Assembly (NCBI GenBank): GCA_964016885.1
Contig: OZ024741.1
Span: 409,820,001 to 409,884,000, forward strand
Direction: 5' to 3'
Length of the DNA stretch: 64,000 nt
DNA from: Eledone cirrhosa
Lineage: Eukaryota
The notes under the pieces were generated by a model. That model had not been told where the DNA came from, ran no database searches, and was given only the letters and a program-made list of their open reading frames with translations. The translations under genes were made by a program, and so were the position numbers. Positions 26,301-41,600 of this stretch are shown here, in pieces. Each line of letters opens with the position of its first letter. Within the stretch, counting starts at the first letter, position 1.

Positions 26301-29300
26301 ACTGTATCCCTGTGTACATCTGGTTTACAATAGGTACACTGTATCCCAGTGAGTATCTGGTTTACAATAGGTACACTGTATACCTGTGTATTTCAGGTTT
26401 ACAATAGGTACACTGTATCTCAGTGTATATCAGGTTTGCAATAGGTACACAGTATCCCAGTGTATATCAGGTTTACAATAGGTACACAGTATCGCTGTAT
26501 ATCTGGTTTACAATAGGTACACTGTCTCCCTGTGTATATCTGGTTTACAATAGGTACACTGTATCCCTGGGTATATCGGGTTTATAATAGGTACACTGTA
26601 TCACTGTGTATATCTGGTTTACAATAGGTACACTGTATCCCAGTGTGTATCTGGTTTACAATAGGTACACTGTATCCCTGTGTATATCAGGTTTACAATA
26701 AGTACACTGTATCCCTGTGTATCTGGTTTACAATAGGTACACTGTATCCCTGTGTATATCAGGTTTACTATAGGTACACTGTATCCCTGTGTATATCTGG
26801 TTTACAATAGGTACACTGTATCCCTGGGTATATCAGGTTTACAATAGGTACACTGAATCCCTGTGTATATCTGGTTTACAATAGGTACACTGTATCCCTG
26901 GGTATATCTGGTTTACGATAGGTACACTGTATCCCTGTGTATATTTGGTTTACAATAGGTACACTGTATCCCAGTGTATATCAGGTTTACAATAGGTACA
27001 CTGCATCCCTGTGTATATCTGGTTTATAATAAGTACACTGTCTCCCTAGGTATACCTGGTTTACATTAGGTACCCTGTATCCCAGTGTATATCAGGTTTA
27101 CAATAGGTACACTGTATCCCTGTGTATCTGGTTTACAATAGGTACACTGTATCCCTGTGTATATCAAGTTTACTATAGGTACACTGCATCCCTGTGTATA
27201 TCTTGTTTATAATAAGTACACTGTCTCCCTGGGTATATCTGGTTTACATTAGGTACACTGTATCCCAGTGTATATCAGGTTTACAATAGGTACACTGTAT
27301 CCCTGCTGTATATCTGGTTTACAATAGGTACTCTGTATCTCAGTGTATATCTGGTTTACAATAGGTACACTGTATCCCTGTGTATATCTGGTTTACAATA
27401 AGTACACTGTATCCCTGTGTATATCTGGTTTACAATAGGTACACTGTATCCCTGGGTATATCTGGTTTACAATATGTACACTGTATCCCTGGGTATATCT
27501 GGTTTACAATAGGTACACTGTATCCCTGTATATCAGGTTTACTATAGGTACACTGTATCCCTGTGTATATCTGGTTTACAATAGGTACACTGTATCCCTG
27601 GGTATATCGGGTTTATAATAGGTACACTGTATCACTGTGTATATCTGGTTTACAATAGGTACACTGTATCCCAGTGTGTATCTGGTTTACAATAGGTACA
27701 CTGTATACCTGTGTATATCAGGTTTACAATAGGTACACTGTATCTCAGTGTATATCTGGTTTACAATAGGTACACTGTATCCCAGTGTATATCTGGTTTA
27801 CGATAGGTACACTGTATCCCTGTGTATATCAGGTTTACAATAGGTACACTGTATCCCAGTATATATCAGGTTTACAATAGGTACACTGTATCCCAGTGTA
27901 TATCAAGTTTACAATAGGTACACAGTATCGCTGTATATCTGGTTTACAATAGGTACACTGTCTCCCTGTGTATATCTGGTTTACAATAGGTACACTGTAT
28001 CCCTGTGTATCTGGTTTACAATAGGTACACTGTATCCCTGGGTATATCTGGTTTACAATAGGTACACTGTATCCCAGTGTATATCTGGTTTACAATAGGT
28101 ACACCGTATCCCTGTGTATGTCAGGTTTACAATAGGTCCACTGTATCCCTGTGTATCTGGTTTACAATAGGTACACTGTATCCCTGTGTATATCTGGTTT
28201 ACAATAGGTACACTGTATCCATGGGTATATCTGGTTTACAATAGGTACACTGTATCCCTGTGTATATCTGGTTTACAATAGGTACACTGTATCCCTGGGT
28301 ATATCAGGTTTACAATAGGTACACTGAATCCCTGTGTATATCTGGTTTACAATAGGTACACTGTATCCCTGGGTATATCTGGTTTACGATAGGTACACTG
28401 TATCCCTGTGTATATTTGGTTTACAATAGGTACACTGTATCCCAGTGTATATCAGGTTTACAATAGGTACACTGCATCCCTGTGTATATCTGGTTTATAA
28501 TAAGTACACTGTCTCCCTAGGTATATCTGGTTTACATTAGGTACACTGTATCCCGGTGTATATCAGGTTTACAATAGGTACACTGTATCCCTGTGTATCT
28601 GGTTTACAATAGGTACACTGTATCCCTGGGTATATCTGGTTTACAATAGGTACACTGTATCCCTGGGTATATCAGGTTTACAATAGGTACACTGTATCCC
28701 TGTGTATATCTGGTTTACAATAGGTACACTGTATCCATGTGTATATCTGGTTTACAATAGGTACACTGTATCCCTGTATATCAGGTTTACTATAGGTATA
28801 CTGTATCCCTGTGTATATCTGGTTTACAATAGGTACACTGTATCCCTGTGTATATCTTGTTTACAATAGGTACACTGTATCCCTGGGTATATCGGGTTTA
28901 TAATAGGTACACTGTATCCCTGTGTATCTGGTTTACAATAGGTACACTGTATCCCTGGGTATATCTGGTTTACAATAGGTAGACTGTATCCCTGGGTATA
29001 TCAGGTTTACGATACGTACACTGTATCCCTGTGTATATCTGGTTTACAATAGGTACACTGTATCCATGGGTATATCTGGTTTACAATAGGTACACTGTAT
29101 CCCTGTATATCAGGTTTACTATAGTTACACTGTATCCCTGTGTATATCTGGTTTACAATAGGTACACTGTATCCCAGTGTATATCTGGTTTACAATAGGT
29201 ACACTGTATCCCTGGGTATATCGGGTTTATAATAGGTACACTGTATCACTGTGTATATCTGGTTTACAATAGGTACACTGTATCCCAGTGTGTATCTGGT

Positions 29301-32300
29301 TTACAATAGGTACACTGTATACCTGTGTATATCAGGTTTACAATAGGTACACTGTATCTCAGTGTATGTCTGGTCTACAATAGGTACACTGTATCCCAGT
29401 GTATATCTGGTTTACAATAGGTACACTGTATCCCTGTGTATATCAGGTTTACTATAGGTACACTGTATCCCTGTGTATATCTGGTTTTCAATAGGTACAC
29501 TGTATCCTTGTGTTATATCTGGTTTACAATAGGTACACTGTATCCCTGTGTATATCTGGTTTACAATAAGTACACTGTATCCCTGGGTATATCTGGTTTA
29601 CAATAGGTACACTGTATCCCTGTGCATATCAGGTTTACAATAGCTACCCTGTATCCCAGTATATATCTGGTTTACAATAGGTACACTGTATCCCAGTGTG
29701 TATCAGGTTTACAATAGGTACACTGTATCACTGTATATATCTGGTTTTCAATAGGTACACTGTATTTCTTTTTTATATCTAGTTTACAATAGGTACACTG
29801 AATCCCTGTCTATATCTGGTTTACAATAGGTACACTGTATCCCTGTGTATATCTGGTTTTCAATAGGTACACTGTATCCTTGTGTTATATCTGGTTTACA
29901 ATAGGTACACTGTATCCCTGTGTATATCAAGTTTACAATAGGTACACTGTATCCCTGTGTATATCAAGTTTACAATAGGTACACTGTATCCCTGTGTATA
30001 TCTGGTTTACAATAGGTACACTGTATCCCTGTATATCAGGTATACAATAGGTACACTGTATCCCTGTGTATCTGGTTTATAATAGGTACACTGTATCCCT
30101 GGGTATATCAGGTTTACAATAGGTACACAGTATCCTGATGTATATCTAGTTTACAATAGGTACACTGTATCCCTGTGTATATCTGGTTTTCAATAGGTAC
30201 ACTGTATCCCTGTGTATATCTAGTTTACAATAGGTACACTGTATCACTGTGTATATCTGGTTTACAATAGGTACACTGAATCCCTGTATATCTGGTTTAC
30301 AATAGGTACACTGTATCCCTGTGTATATCAGGTTTACAATAGGTACACTGTATCCCTGTGTACATCTGGTTTGCAATAGGTACACTGTATCCCAGTGAGT
30401 ATCTGGTTTACAATAGGTACACTGTATACCTGTGTATATCAGGTTTTCAATAGGTACACTGTATCCTTGTGTTATATCTGGTTTACAATAGGTACACTGT
30501 ATCCCTGTGTATATCTGGTTTACAATAAGTACACTGTATCCCTGGGTATATCTGGTTTACAATAGGTACACTGTATCCCTGTGCATATCAGGTTTACAAT
30601 AGCTACCCTGTATCCCAGTATATATCTGGTTTACAATAGGTACACTGTATCCCAGTGTGTATCAGGTTTACAATAGGTACACTGTATCACAGTATATATC
30701 TGGTTTTCAATAGGTACACTGTATCTCTGTGTATATCTAGTTTACAATAGGTACACTGAATCCCTGTCTATATCTGGTTTACAATAGGTACACTGTATCC
30801 CTGGGTATATCTGGTTTACAATAGTTACACTGTATCCCTGTGTATATCAAGTTTACAATAGGTACACTGTATCCCTGTGTATATCAAGTTTACAATAGGT
30901 ACACTGTATCCCTGTGTATATCTGGTTTACAATAGGTACACTGTATCCCTGTATATCAGGTTTACAATAGGTACACTGTATCCCTGTGTATCTGGTTTAC
31001 AATAGGTACACTGTATCCCTGGGTATATCAGGTTTACAATAGGTACACAGTATCCTGATGTATATCTGGTTTACAATAGGTACACTGTATTCCAGTATAT
31101 ATCTGGTTTACACTAGGTACACTGTATCCCTGGGTATATCTGGTTTACAATAGGTACACTGAATCCCTGTATATCTGGTTTACAATAGGTACACTGTATC
31201 CCAGTGTATATCTGATTTACAATAGGTACACTGTATCCCTGTGTATATCTAGTTTACAATAGGTACACTGTATCCCTGTGTATATCTGGTTTACAATAGG
31301 TACACTGTATCCCTGTGTATATCTAGTTTACAATAGGTACACTGTATCCCTGTGTATATCTGGTTTACAATAGGTACACTGAATCCCTGTATATCTGGTT
31401 TACAATAGGTACACTGTATCCCTGTGTATATCAGGTTTACAATAGGTACACTGTATCCCTGTGTACATCTGGTTTACAATAGGTACACTGTATCCCAGTG
31501 AGTATCTGGTTTACAATAGGTACACTGTATACCTGTGTATTTCAGGTTTACAATAGGTACACTGTATCTCAGTGTATATCAGGTTTACAATAGGTACACA
31601 GTATCCCAGTGTATATCAGGTTTACAATAGGTACACAGTATCGCTGTATATCTGGTTTACAATAGGTACACTGTCTCCCTGTGTATATCTGGTTTACAAT
31701 AGGTACACTGTATCCCTGGGTATATCGGGTTTATAATAGGTACACTGTATCACTGTGTATATCTGGTTTACAATAGGTACACTGTATCCCAGTGTGTATC
31801 TGGTTTACAATAGGTACACTGTATCCCTGTGTATATCAGGTTTACAATAGGTACACTGTATCCCTGTGTATCTGGTTTACAATAGGTACACTGTATCCCT
31901 GTGTATATCAGGTTTACTATAGGTACACTGTATCCCTGTGTATATCTGGTTTACAATAGGTACACTGTATCCCTGGGTATATCAGGTTTACAACAGGTAC
32001 ACTGAATCCCTGTGTATATCTGGTTTACAATAGGTACACTGTATCCCTGGGTATATCTGGTTTACGATAGGTACACTGTATCCCTGTGTATATTTGGTTT
32101 ACAATAGGTACACTGTATCCCAGTGTATATCAGGTTTACAATAGGTACACTGCATCCCTGTGTATATCTGGTTTATAATAAGTACACTGTCTCCCTAGGT
32201 ATACCTGGTTTACATTAGGTACCCTGTATCCCAGTGTATATCAGGTTTACAATAGGTACATTGTATCCCTGTGTATCTGGTTTACAATAGGTACACTGTA

Positions 32301-35300
32301 TCCCTGGGTATATCTGGTTTACAATAGGTACACTGTATCCCTGGGTATATCAGGTTTACAATAGGTACACTGTATCCCTGTGTATATCTGGTTTACAATA
32401 GGTACACTGTATCCATGGGTATATCTGGTTTACAATAGGTACACTGTATCCCTGTATATCAGGTTTACTATAGGTATACTGTATCCCTGTGTATATCTGG
32501 TTTACAATAGGTACACTGTATCCCTGTGTATATCTTGTTTACAATAGGTACACTGTATCCCTGGGTATATCGGGTTTATAATAGGTACACTGTATCCCTG
32601 TGTATCTGGTTTACAATAGGTACACTGTATCCCTGGGTATATCTGGTTTACAATAGGTAAACTGTATCCCGGTATATCAGGTTTACTATAGGTACACTGT
32701 ATCCCTGTGTATATCTGGTTTACAATAGGTACACTGTATCCCAGTGTATATCTGGTTTACAATAGGTACACTGTATCCCTGGGTATATCGGGTTTATAAT
32801 AGGTACACTGTATCACTGTGTATATCTGGTTTACAATAGGTACACTGTATCCCAGTGTGTATCTGGTTTACAATAGGTACACTGTATACCTGTGTATATC
32901 AGGTTTACAATAGGTACACTGTATCTCAGTGTATGTGTGGTCTACAATAGGTACACTGTATCCCAGTGTATATCTGGTTTACAATAGGTTCACTGTATCC
33001 CTGTGTATATCAGGTTTACTATAGGTACACTGTATCCCTGTGTATATCTGGTTTTCAATAGGTACACTGTATCCTTGTGTTATATCTGGTTTACAATAGG
33101 TACACTGTATCCCTGTGTATATCTGGTTTACAATAAGTACACTGTATCCCTGGGTATATCTGGTTTACAATAGGTACACTGTATCCCTGTGCATATCAGG
33201 TTTACAATAGCTACCCTGTATCCCAGTATATATCTGGTTTACAATAGGTACACTGTATCCCAGTGTGTATCAGGTTTACGATAGGTACACTGTATCACTG
33301 TATATATCTGGTTTTCAATAGGTACACTGTATCTCTGTGTATATCTAGTTTACAATAGGTACACTGAATCCCTGTCTATATCTGGTTTACAATAGGTACA
33401 CTGTATCCCTGGGTATATCTGGTTTACAATAGTTACACTGTATCCCTGTGTATATCAAGTTTACAATAGGTACACTGTATCCCTGTGTATATCAAGTTTA
33501 CAATAGGTACACTGTATCCCTGTGTATATTTGGTTTACAATAGGTACACTGTATCCCTGTATATCAGGTTTACAATAGGTACACTGTATCCCTGTGTATC
33601 TGGTTTACAATAGGTACACTGTATCCCTGGGTATATCAGGTTTACAATAGGTACACTGTATCCTGATGTATATCTGGTTTACAATAGGTACACTGTATTC
33701 CAGTATATATCTGGTTTACACTAGGTACACTGTATCCCTGGGTATATCTGGTTTACAATAGGTACACTGAATCCCTGTATATCTGGTTTACAATAGGTAC
33801 ACTGTATCCCAGTGTATATCTGATTTACAATAGGTACACTGTATCCCTGTGTATATCTGGTTTACAATAGGTACACTGTATCCCTGTGTATATCTAGTTT
33901 ACAATAGGTACACTGTATCCCTGTGTATATCTGGTTTACAATAGGTACACTGTATCCCTGTGTATATCTAGTTTACAATAGGTACACTGTATCCCTGTGT
34001 ATATCTGGTTTACAATAGGTACACTGAATCCCTGTATATCTGGTTTACAATAGGTACACTGTATCCCTGTGTATATCAGGTTTACAATAGGTACACTGTA
34101 TCCCTGTGTACATCTGGTTTACAATAGGTACACTGTATCCCAGTGAGTATCTGGTTTACAATAGGTACACTGTATACCTGTGTATATCAGGTTTACAATA
34201 GGTACACTGTATCTCAGTGTATATCAGGTTTACAATTGGTACACAGTATCCCTGTGTATATCAGGTTTACAATAGGTACACAGTATCGCTGTATATCTGG
34301 TTTACAATAGGTACACTGTCTCCCTGTGTATATCTGGTTTACAATAGGTACACTGTATCCCTGGGTATATCGGGTTTATAATAGGTACACTGTATCACTG
34401 TGTATATCTGGTTTACAATAGGTACACTGTATCCCAGTGTGTATCTGGTTTACAATAGGTACACTGTATCCCTGTGTATATCAGGTTTACAATAGGTACA
34501 CTGTATCCCTGTGTATCTGGTTTACAATAGGTACACTGTATCCCAGTGTATATCTGGTTTACAATAGGTACACTGTATGCCTGTGTATATCAGGTTTACT
34601 ATAGGTACACTGTATCCCTGTGTATATCTGGTTTTCAATAGGTACACTGTATCCTTGTGTTATATCTGGTTTACAATAGGTACACTGTATCCCTGTGTAT
34701 ATCTGGTTTACAATAAGTACACTGTATCCCTGGGTATATCTGGTTTACAATAGGTACACTGTATCCCTGTGCATATCAGGTTTACAATAGCTACCCTGTA
34801 TCCCAGTATATATCTGGTTTACAATAGGTACACTGTATCCCAGTGTGTATCAGGTTTACAATAGGTACACTGTATCACTGTATATATCTGGTTTTCAATA
34901 GGTACACTGTATCTCTGTGTATATCTAGTTTACAATAGGTACACTGAATCCCTGGGTATATCTGGTTTACAATAGGTAAACTGTATCCCTGTGTATATCA
35001 AGTTTACAATAGGTATACTGTATCCCTGTGTATATCAAGTTTACAATAGGTACACTGTATCCCTGTGTATATCTGGTTTACAATAGGTACACTGTATCCC
35101 TGTATATCAGGTTTACAATAGGTACACTGTATCCCTGTGTATCTGGTTTACAATAGGTACACTGTATCCCTGGGTATATCTGGTTTACAACAGGTACACT
35201 GTATCCCTGGGTATATCAGGTTTACAATAGGTACACTGTATCCTGATGTATATCTGGTTTACAATAGGTACACTGTATTCCGGTATATATCTGGTTTACA

Positions 35301-38300
35301 CTAGGTACACTGTATCCCTGGGTATATCTGGTTTACAATAGGTACACTGAATCCCTGTATATCTGGTTTACAATAGGTACACTGTATCCCCGTGTATATC
35401 TGGTTTACAATAGGTACACTGTATCCCTGTGTATATCTGGTTTACAATAGGTACACTGTATCCCTGTGTATATCTAGTTTACAATAGGTACACTGTATCC
35501 CTGGGTATATCAGGTTTACAATAGGTACACTGTATCCCTGTGTATATCTGGTTTACAATAGGTACACTGTATCCATGGGTATATCTGGTTTACAATAGGT
35601 ACACTGTATCCCTGTATATCAGGTTTACTATAGGTATACTGTATCCCTGTGTATATCTGGTTTACAATAGGTACACTGTATCCCTGTGTATATCTTGTTT
35701 ACAATAGGTACACTGTATCCCTGGGTATATCGGGTTTATAATAGGTACACTGTATCCCTGTGTATCTGGTTTACAATAGGTACACTGTATCCCTGGGTAT
35801 ATCTGGTTTACAATAGGTACACTGTATCCCTGGGTATATCAGGTTTACAATAGGTACACTGTATCCCTGTGTATATCTGGTTTACAATAGGTACACTCTA
35901 TCCATGGGTATATCTGGTTTACAATAGGTACACTGTATCTCAGTGTATGTCTGGTCTACGATAGGTACACTGTATCCCAGTGTGTATCAGGTTTACTATA
36001 GGTACACTGTATCCCTGTGTATATCTGGTTTTCAATAGGTACACTGTATCCTTGTGTTATATCTGGTTTACAATAGGTACACTGTATCCTTGTGTTATAT
36101 CTGGTTTACAATAGGTACACTGTATCCCTGTGTATATCTGGTTTACAATAAGTACACTGTATCCCTGGGTATATCTGGTTTACAATAGGTACACTGTATC
36201 CCTGTGCATATCAGGTTTACAATAGCTACCCTGTATCCCAGTATATATCTGGTTTACAATAGGTACACTGTATCCCAGTGTGTATCAGGTTTACGATAGG
36301 TACACTGTATCACTGTATATATCTGGTTTTCAATAGGTACACTGTATCTCTGTGTATATCTAGTTTACAATAGGTACACTGAATCCCTGTCTATATCTGG
36401 TTTACAATAGGAACACTGTATCCCTGGGTATATCTGGTTTACAATAGTTACACTGTATCCCTGTGTATATCAAGTTTACAATAGGTACACTGTATCCCTG
36501 TGTATATCAAGTTTACAATAGGTACACTGTATCCCTGTGTATATCTGGTTTACAATAGGTACACTGTATCCCTGTATATCAGGTTTACAATAGGTACACT
36601 GTATCCCTGTGTATCTGGTTTACAATAGGTACACTGTATCCCTGGGTATATCAGGTTTACAATAGGTACACTGTATCCTGATGTATATCTGGTTTACAAT
36701 AGGTACACTGAATCCCTGTATATCTGGTTTACAATAGGTACACTGTATCCCAGTGTATATCTGATTTACAATAGGTACACTGTATCCCTGTGTATATCTG
36801 GTTTACAATAGGTACACTGTATCCCTGTGTATATCTAGTTTACAATAGGTACACTGTATCCCTGTGTATATCTGGTTTACAATAGGTACACTGTATCCCT
36901 GTGTATATCTAGTTTACAATAGGTACACTGTATCCCTGTGTATATCTGGTTTACAATAGGTACACTGAATCCCTGTATATCTGGTTTACAATAGGTACAC
37001 TGTATCCCTGTGTATATCAGGTTTACAATAGGTACACTGTATCCCTGTGTACATCTGGTTTACAATAGGTACACTGTATCCCAGTGAGTATCTGGTTTAC
37101 AATAGGTACACTGTATACCTGTGTATATCAGGTTTACAATAGGTACACTGTATCTCAGTGTATATCAGGTTTACAATTGGTACACAGTATCCCTGTGTAT
37201 ATCAGGTTTACAATAGGTACACAGTATCGCTGTATATCTGGTTTACAATAGGTACACTGTCTCCCTGTGTATATCTGGTTTACAATAGGTACACTGTATC
37301 CCTGGGTATATCGGGTTTATAATAGGTACACTGTATCACTGTGTATATCTGGTTTACAATAGGTACACTGTATCCCAGTGTGTATCTGGTTTACAATAGG
37401 TACACTGTATCCCTGTGTATATCAGGTTTACAATAGGTACACTGTATCCCTGTGTATCTGGTTTACAATAGGTACACTGTATCCCAGTGTATATCTGGTT
37501 TACAATAGGTACACTGTATCCCTGTGTATATCAGGTTTACTATAGGTACACTGTATCCCTGTGTATATCTGGTTTTCAATAGGTACACTGTATCCTTGTG
37601 TTATATCTGGTTTACAATAGGTACACTGTATCCCTGTGTATATCTGGTTTACAATAAGTACACTGTATCCCTGGGTATATCTGGTTTACAATAGGTACAC
37701 TGTATCCCTGTGCATATCAGGTTTACAATAGCTACCCTGTATCCCAGTATATATCTGGTTTACAATAGGTACACTGTATGCCAGTGTGTATCAGGTTTAC
37801 AATAGGTACACTCTATCACTGTATATATCTGGTTTTCAATAGGTACACTGTATCTCTGTGTATATCTAGTTTACAATAGGTACACTGAATCCCTGTCTAT
37901 ATCTGGTTTACAATAGGTACACTGTATCCCTGGGTATATCTGGTTTACAATAGGTACACTGTATCCCTGTGTATATCAAGTTTACAATAGGTATACTGTA
38001 TCCCTGTGTATATCAAGTTTACAATAGGTACACTGTATCCCTGTGTATATCTGGTTTACAATAGGTACACTGTATCCCTGTATATCAGGTTTACAATAGG
38101 TACACTGTATCCCTGTGTATCTGGTTTACAATAGGTACACTGTATCCCTGGGTATATCTGGTTTACAACAGGTACACTGTATCCCTGGGTATATCAGGTT
38201 TACAATAGCTACACTGTATCCTGATGTATATCTGGTTTACAATAGGTACACTGTATTCCAGTATATATCTGGTTTACACTAGGTACACTGTATCCCTGGG

Positions 38301-38662
38301 TATATCTGGTTTACAATAGGTACACTGAATCCCTGTATATCTGGTTTACAATAGGTACACTGTATCCCAGTGTATATCTGGTTTACAATAGGTACACTGT
38401 ATCCCTGTGTATATCTGGTTTACAATAGGTACACTGTATCCCTGTGTATATCTAGTTTACAATAGGTACACTGTATCCCTGGGTATATCAGGTTTACAAT
38501 AGGTACACTGTATCCCTGTGTATATCTGGTTTACAATAGGTACACTGTATCCATGGGTATATCTGGTTTACAATAGGTACACTGTATCCCTGTATATCAG
38601 GTTTATTATAGGTATACTGTATCCCTGTGTATATCTGGTTTACAATAGGTACACTGTATCCC
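10113..38662. repeat. ~14.3-kb near-identical tandem duplication inside the array (about 10113-24413 / 24414-38662)
   Basis: Rare variants pair at offset 14301 (ATTTACAATAGTTAC 11401/25702), then 14264 (GTAGAC 14715/28979; TTTCTTTTTT 15501/29765; track ORFs 15882/30146), then 14227 (AGTGTATGTG 18701/32928). Confidence 0.9.
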
Positions 38663-41600
38663 TGTGTATATCTTGTTTACAATAGGTACACTGTATCCCT
38701 GGGTATATCGGGTTTATAATAGGTACACTGTATCCCTGTGTATCTGGTTTACAATAGGTACACTGTATCCCTGGGTATATCTGGTTTACAATAGGTACAC
38801 TGTATCCCTGGGTATATCAGGTTTACAATAGGTACACTGTATCCCTGTGTATATCTGGTTTACAATAGGTACACTCTATCCATGGGTATATCTGGTTTAC
38901 AATACGTAAACTGTATCCCTGTATATCAGGTTTACTATAGGTACACTGTATCCCTGTGTATATCTGGTTTACAATAGGTACACTGTATCCCAGTGTATAT
39001 CTGGTTTACAATAGGTACACTGTATCCCTGGGTATATCGGGTTTATAATAGGTACACTGTATCACTGTGTATATCTGGTTTACAATAGGTACACTGTATC
39101 CCAGTGTGTATCAGGTTTACTATAGGTACACTGTATCCCTGTGTATATCTGGTTTTCAATAGGTACACTGTATCCTTGTGTTATATCTGGTTTACAATAG
39201 GTACACTGTATCTCAGTGTATGTCTGGTCTACGATAGGTACACTGTATCCCAGTGTATATCTGGTTTACAATAGGTTCACTGTATCCCTGTGTATATCAG
39301 GTTTACTATAGGTACACTGTATCCCTGTGTATATCTGGTTTTCAATAGGTACACTGTATCCTTGTGTTATATCTGGTTTACAATAGGTACACTGTATCCC
39401 TGTGTATATCTGGTTTACAATAAGTACACTGTATCCCTGGGTATATCTGGTTTACAATAGGTACACTGTATCCCTGTGCATATCAGGTTTACAATAGCTA
39501 CCCTGTATCCCAGTATATATCTGGTTTACAATAGGTACACTGTATCCCAGTGTGTATCAGGTTTACGATAGGTACACTGTATCACTGTATATATCTGGTT
39601 TTCAATAGGTACACTGTATCTCTGTGTATATCTAGTTTACAATAGGTACACTGTATCCCTGTGTATATCAAGTTTACAATAGGTACACTGTATCCCTGTG
39701 TATATCAAGTTTACAATAGGTACACTGTATCCCTGTGTATATCTGGTTTACAATAGGTACACTGTATCCCTGTATATCAGGTTTACAATAGGTACACTGT
39801 ATCCCTGTGTATCTGGTTTACAATAGGTACACTGTATCCCTGGGTATATCAGGTTTACAATAGGTACACTGTATTCTGATGTATATCTGGTTTACAATAG
39901 GTACACTGAATCCCTGTATATCTGGTTTACAATAGGTACACTGTATCCCAGTGTATATCTGATTTACAATAGGTACACTGTATCCCTGTGTATATCTGGT
40001 TTACAATAGGTACACTGTATCCCTGTGTATATCTAGTTTACAATAGGTACACTGTATCCCTGTGTATATCTGGTTTACAACAGGTACACTGTATCCCTGT
40101 GTATATCTAGTTTACAATAGGTACACTGTATCCCTGTGTATATCTGGTTTACAATAGGTACACTGAATCCCTGTATATCTGGTTTACAATAGGTACACTG
40201 TATCCCTGTGTATATCAGGTTTACAATAGGTATACTGTATCCCTGTGTACATCTGGTTTACAATAGGTACACTGTATCCCAGTGAGTATCTGGTTTACAA
40301 TAGGTACACTGTATACCTGTGTATATCAGGTTTACAATAGGTACACTGTATCTCAGTGTATATCAGGTTTACAATTGGTACACAGTATCCCTGTGTATAT
40401 CAGGTTTACAATAGGTACACAGTATCGCTGTATATCTGGTTTACAATAGGTACACTGTCTCCCTGTGTATATCTGGTTTACAATAGGTACACTGTATCCC
40501 TGGGTATATCGGGTTTATAATAGGTACACTGTATCACTGTGTATATCTGGTTTACAATAGGTACACTGTATCCCAGTGTGTATCTGGTTTACAATAGGTA
40601 CACTGTATCCCTGTGTATATCAGGTTTACAATAGGTACACTGTATCCCTGTGTATCTGGTTTACAATAGGTACACTGTATCCCAGTGTATATCTGGTTTA
40701 CAATAGGTACACTGTATGCCTGTGTATATCAGGTTTACTATAGGTACACTGTATCCCTGTGTATATCTGGTTTTCAATAGGTACACTGTATCCTTGTGTT
40801 ATATCTGGTTTACAATAGGTACACTGTATCCCTGTGTATATCTGGTTTACAATAAGTACACTGTATCCCTGGGTATATCTGGTTTACAATAGGTACACTG
40901 TATCCCTGTGCATATCAGGTTTACAATAGCTACCCTGTATCCCAGTATATATCTGGTTTACAATAGGTACACTGTATGCCAGTGTGTATCAGGTTTACAA
41001 TAGGTATACTCTACCACTGTATATATCTGGTTTTCAATAGGTACACTGTATCTCTGTGTATATCTAGTTTACAATAGGTACACTGAATCCCTGTCTATAT
41101 CTGGTTTACAATAGGTACACTGTATCCCTGGGTATATCTGGTTTACAATAGGTACACTGTATCCCTGTGTATATCAAGTTTACAATAGGTATACTGTATC
41201 CCTGTGTATATCAAGTTTACAATAGGTACACTGTATCCCTGTGTATATCTGGTTTACAATAGGTACACTGTATCCCTGTATATCAGGTTTACAATAGGTA
41301 CACTGTATCCCTGTGTATCTGGTTTACAATAGGTACACTGTATCCCTGGGTATATCTGGTTTACAACAGGTACACTGTATCCCTGGGTATATCAGGTTTA
41401 CAATAGGTACACTGTATCCTGATGTATATCTGGTTTACAATAGGTACACTGTATTCCAGTATATATCTGGTTTACACTAGGTACACTGTATCCCTGGGTA
41501 TATCTGGTTTACAATAGGGACACTGAATCCCTGTATATCTGGTTTACAATAGGTACACTGTATCCCAGTGTATATCTGGTTTACAATAGGTACACTGTAT

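Noticed and set aside
30146-30385. 79-aa minus-strand ORF
   Set aside because: It is the duplicate of the 15882 satellite ORF at offset 14264 and is not a gene.
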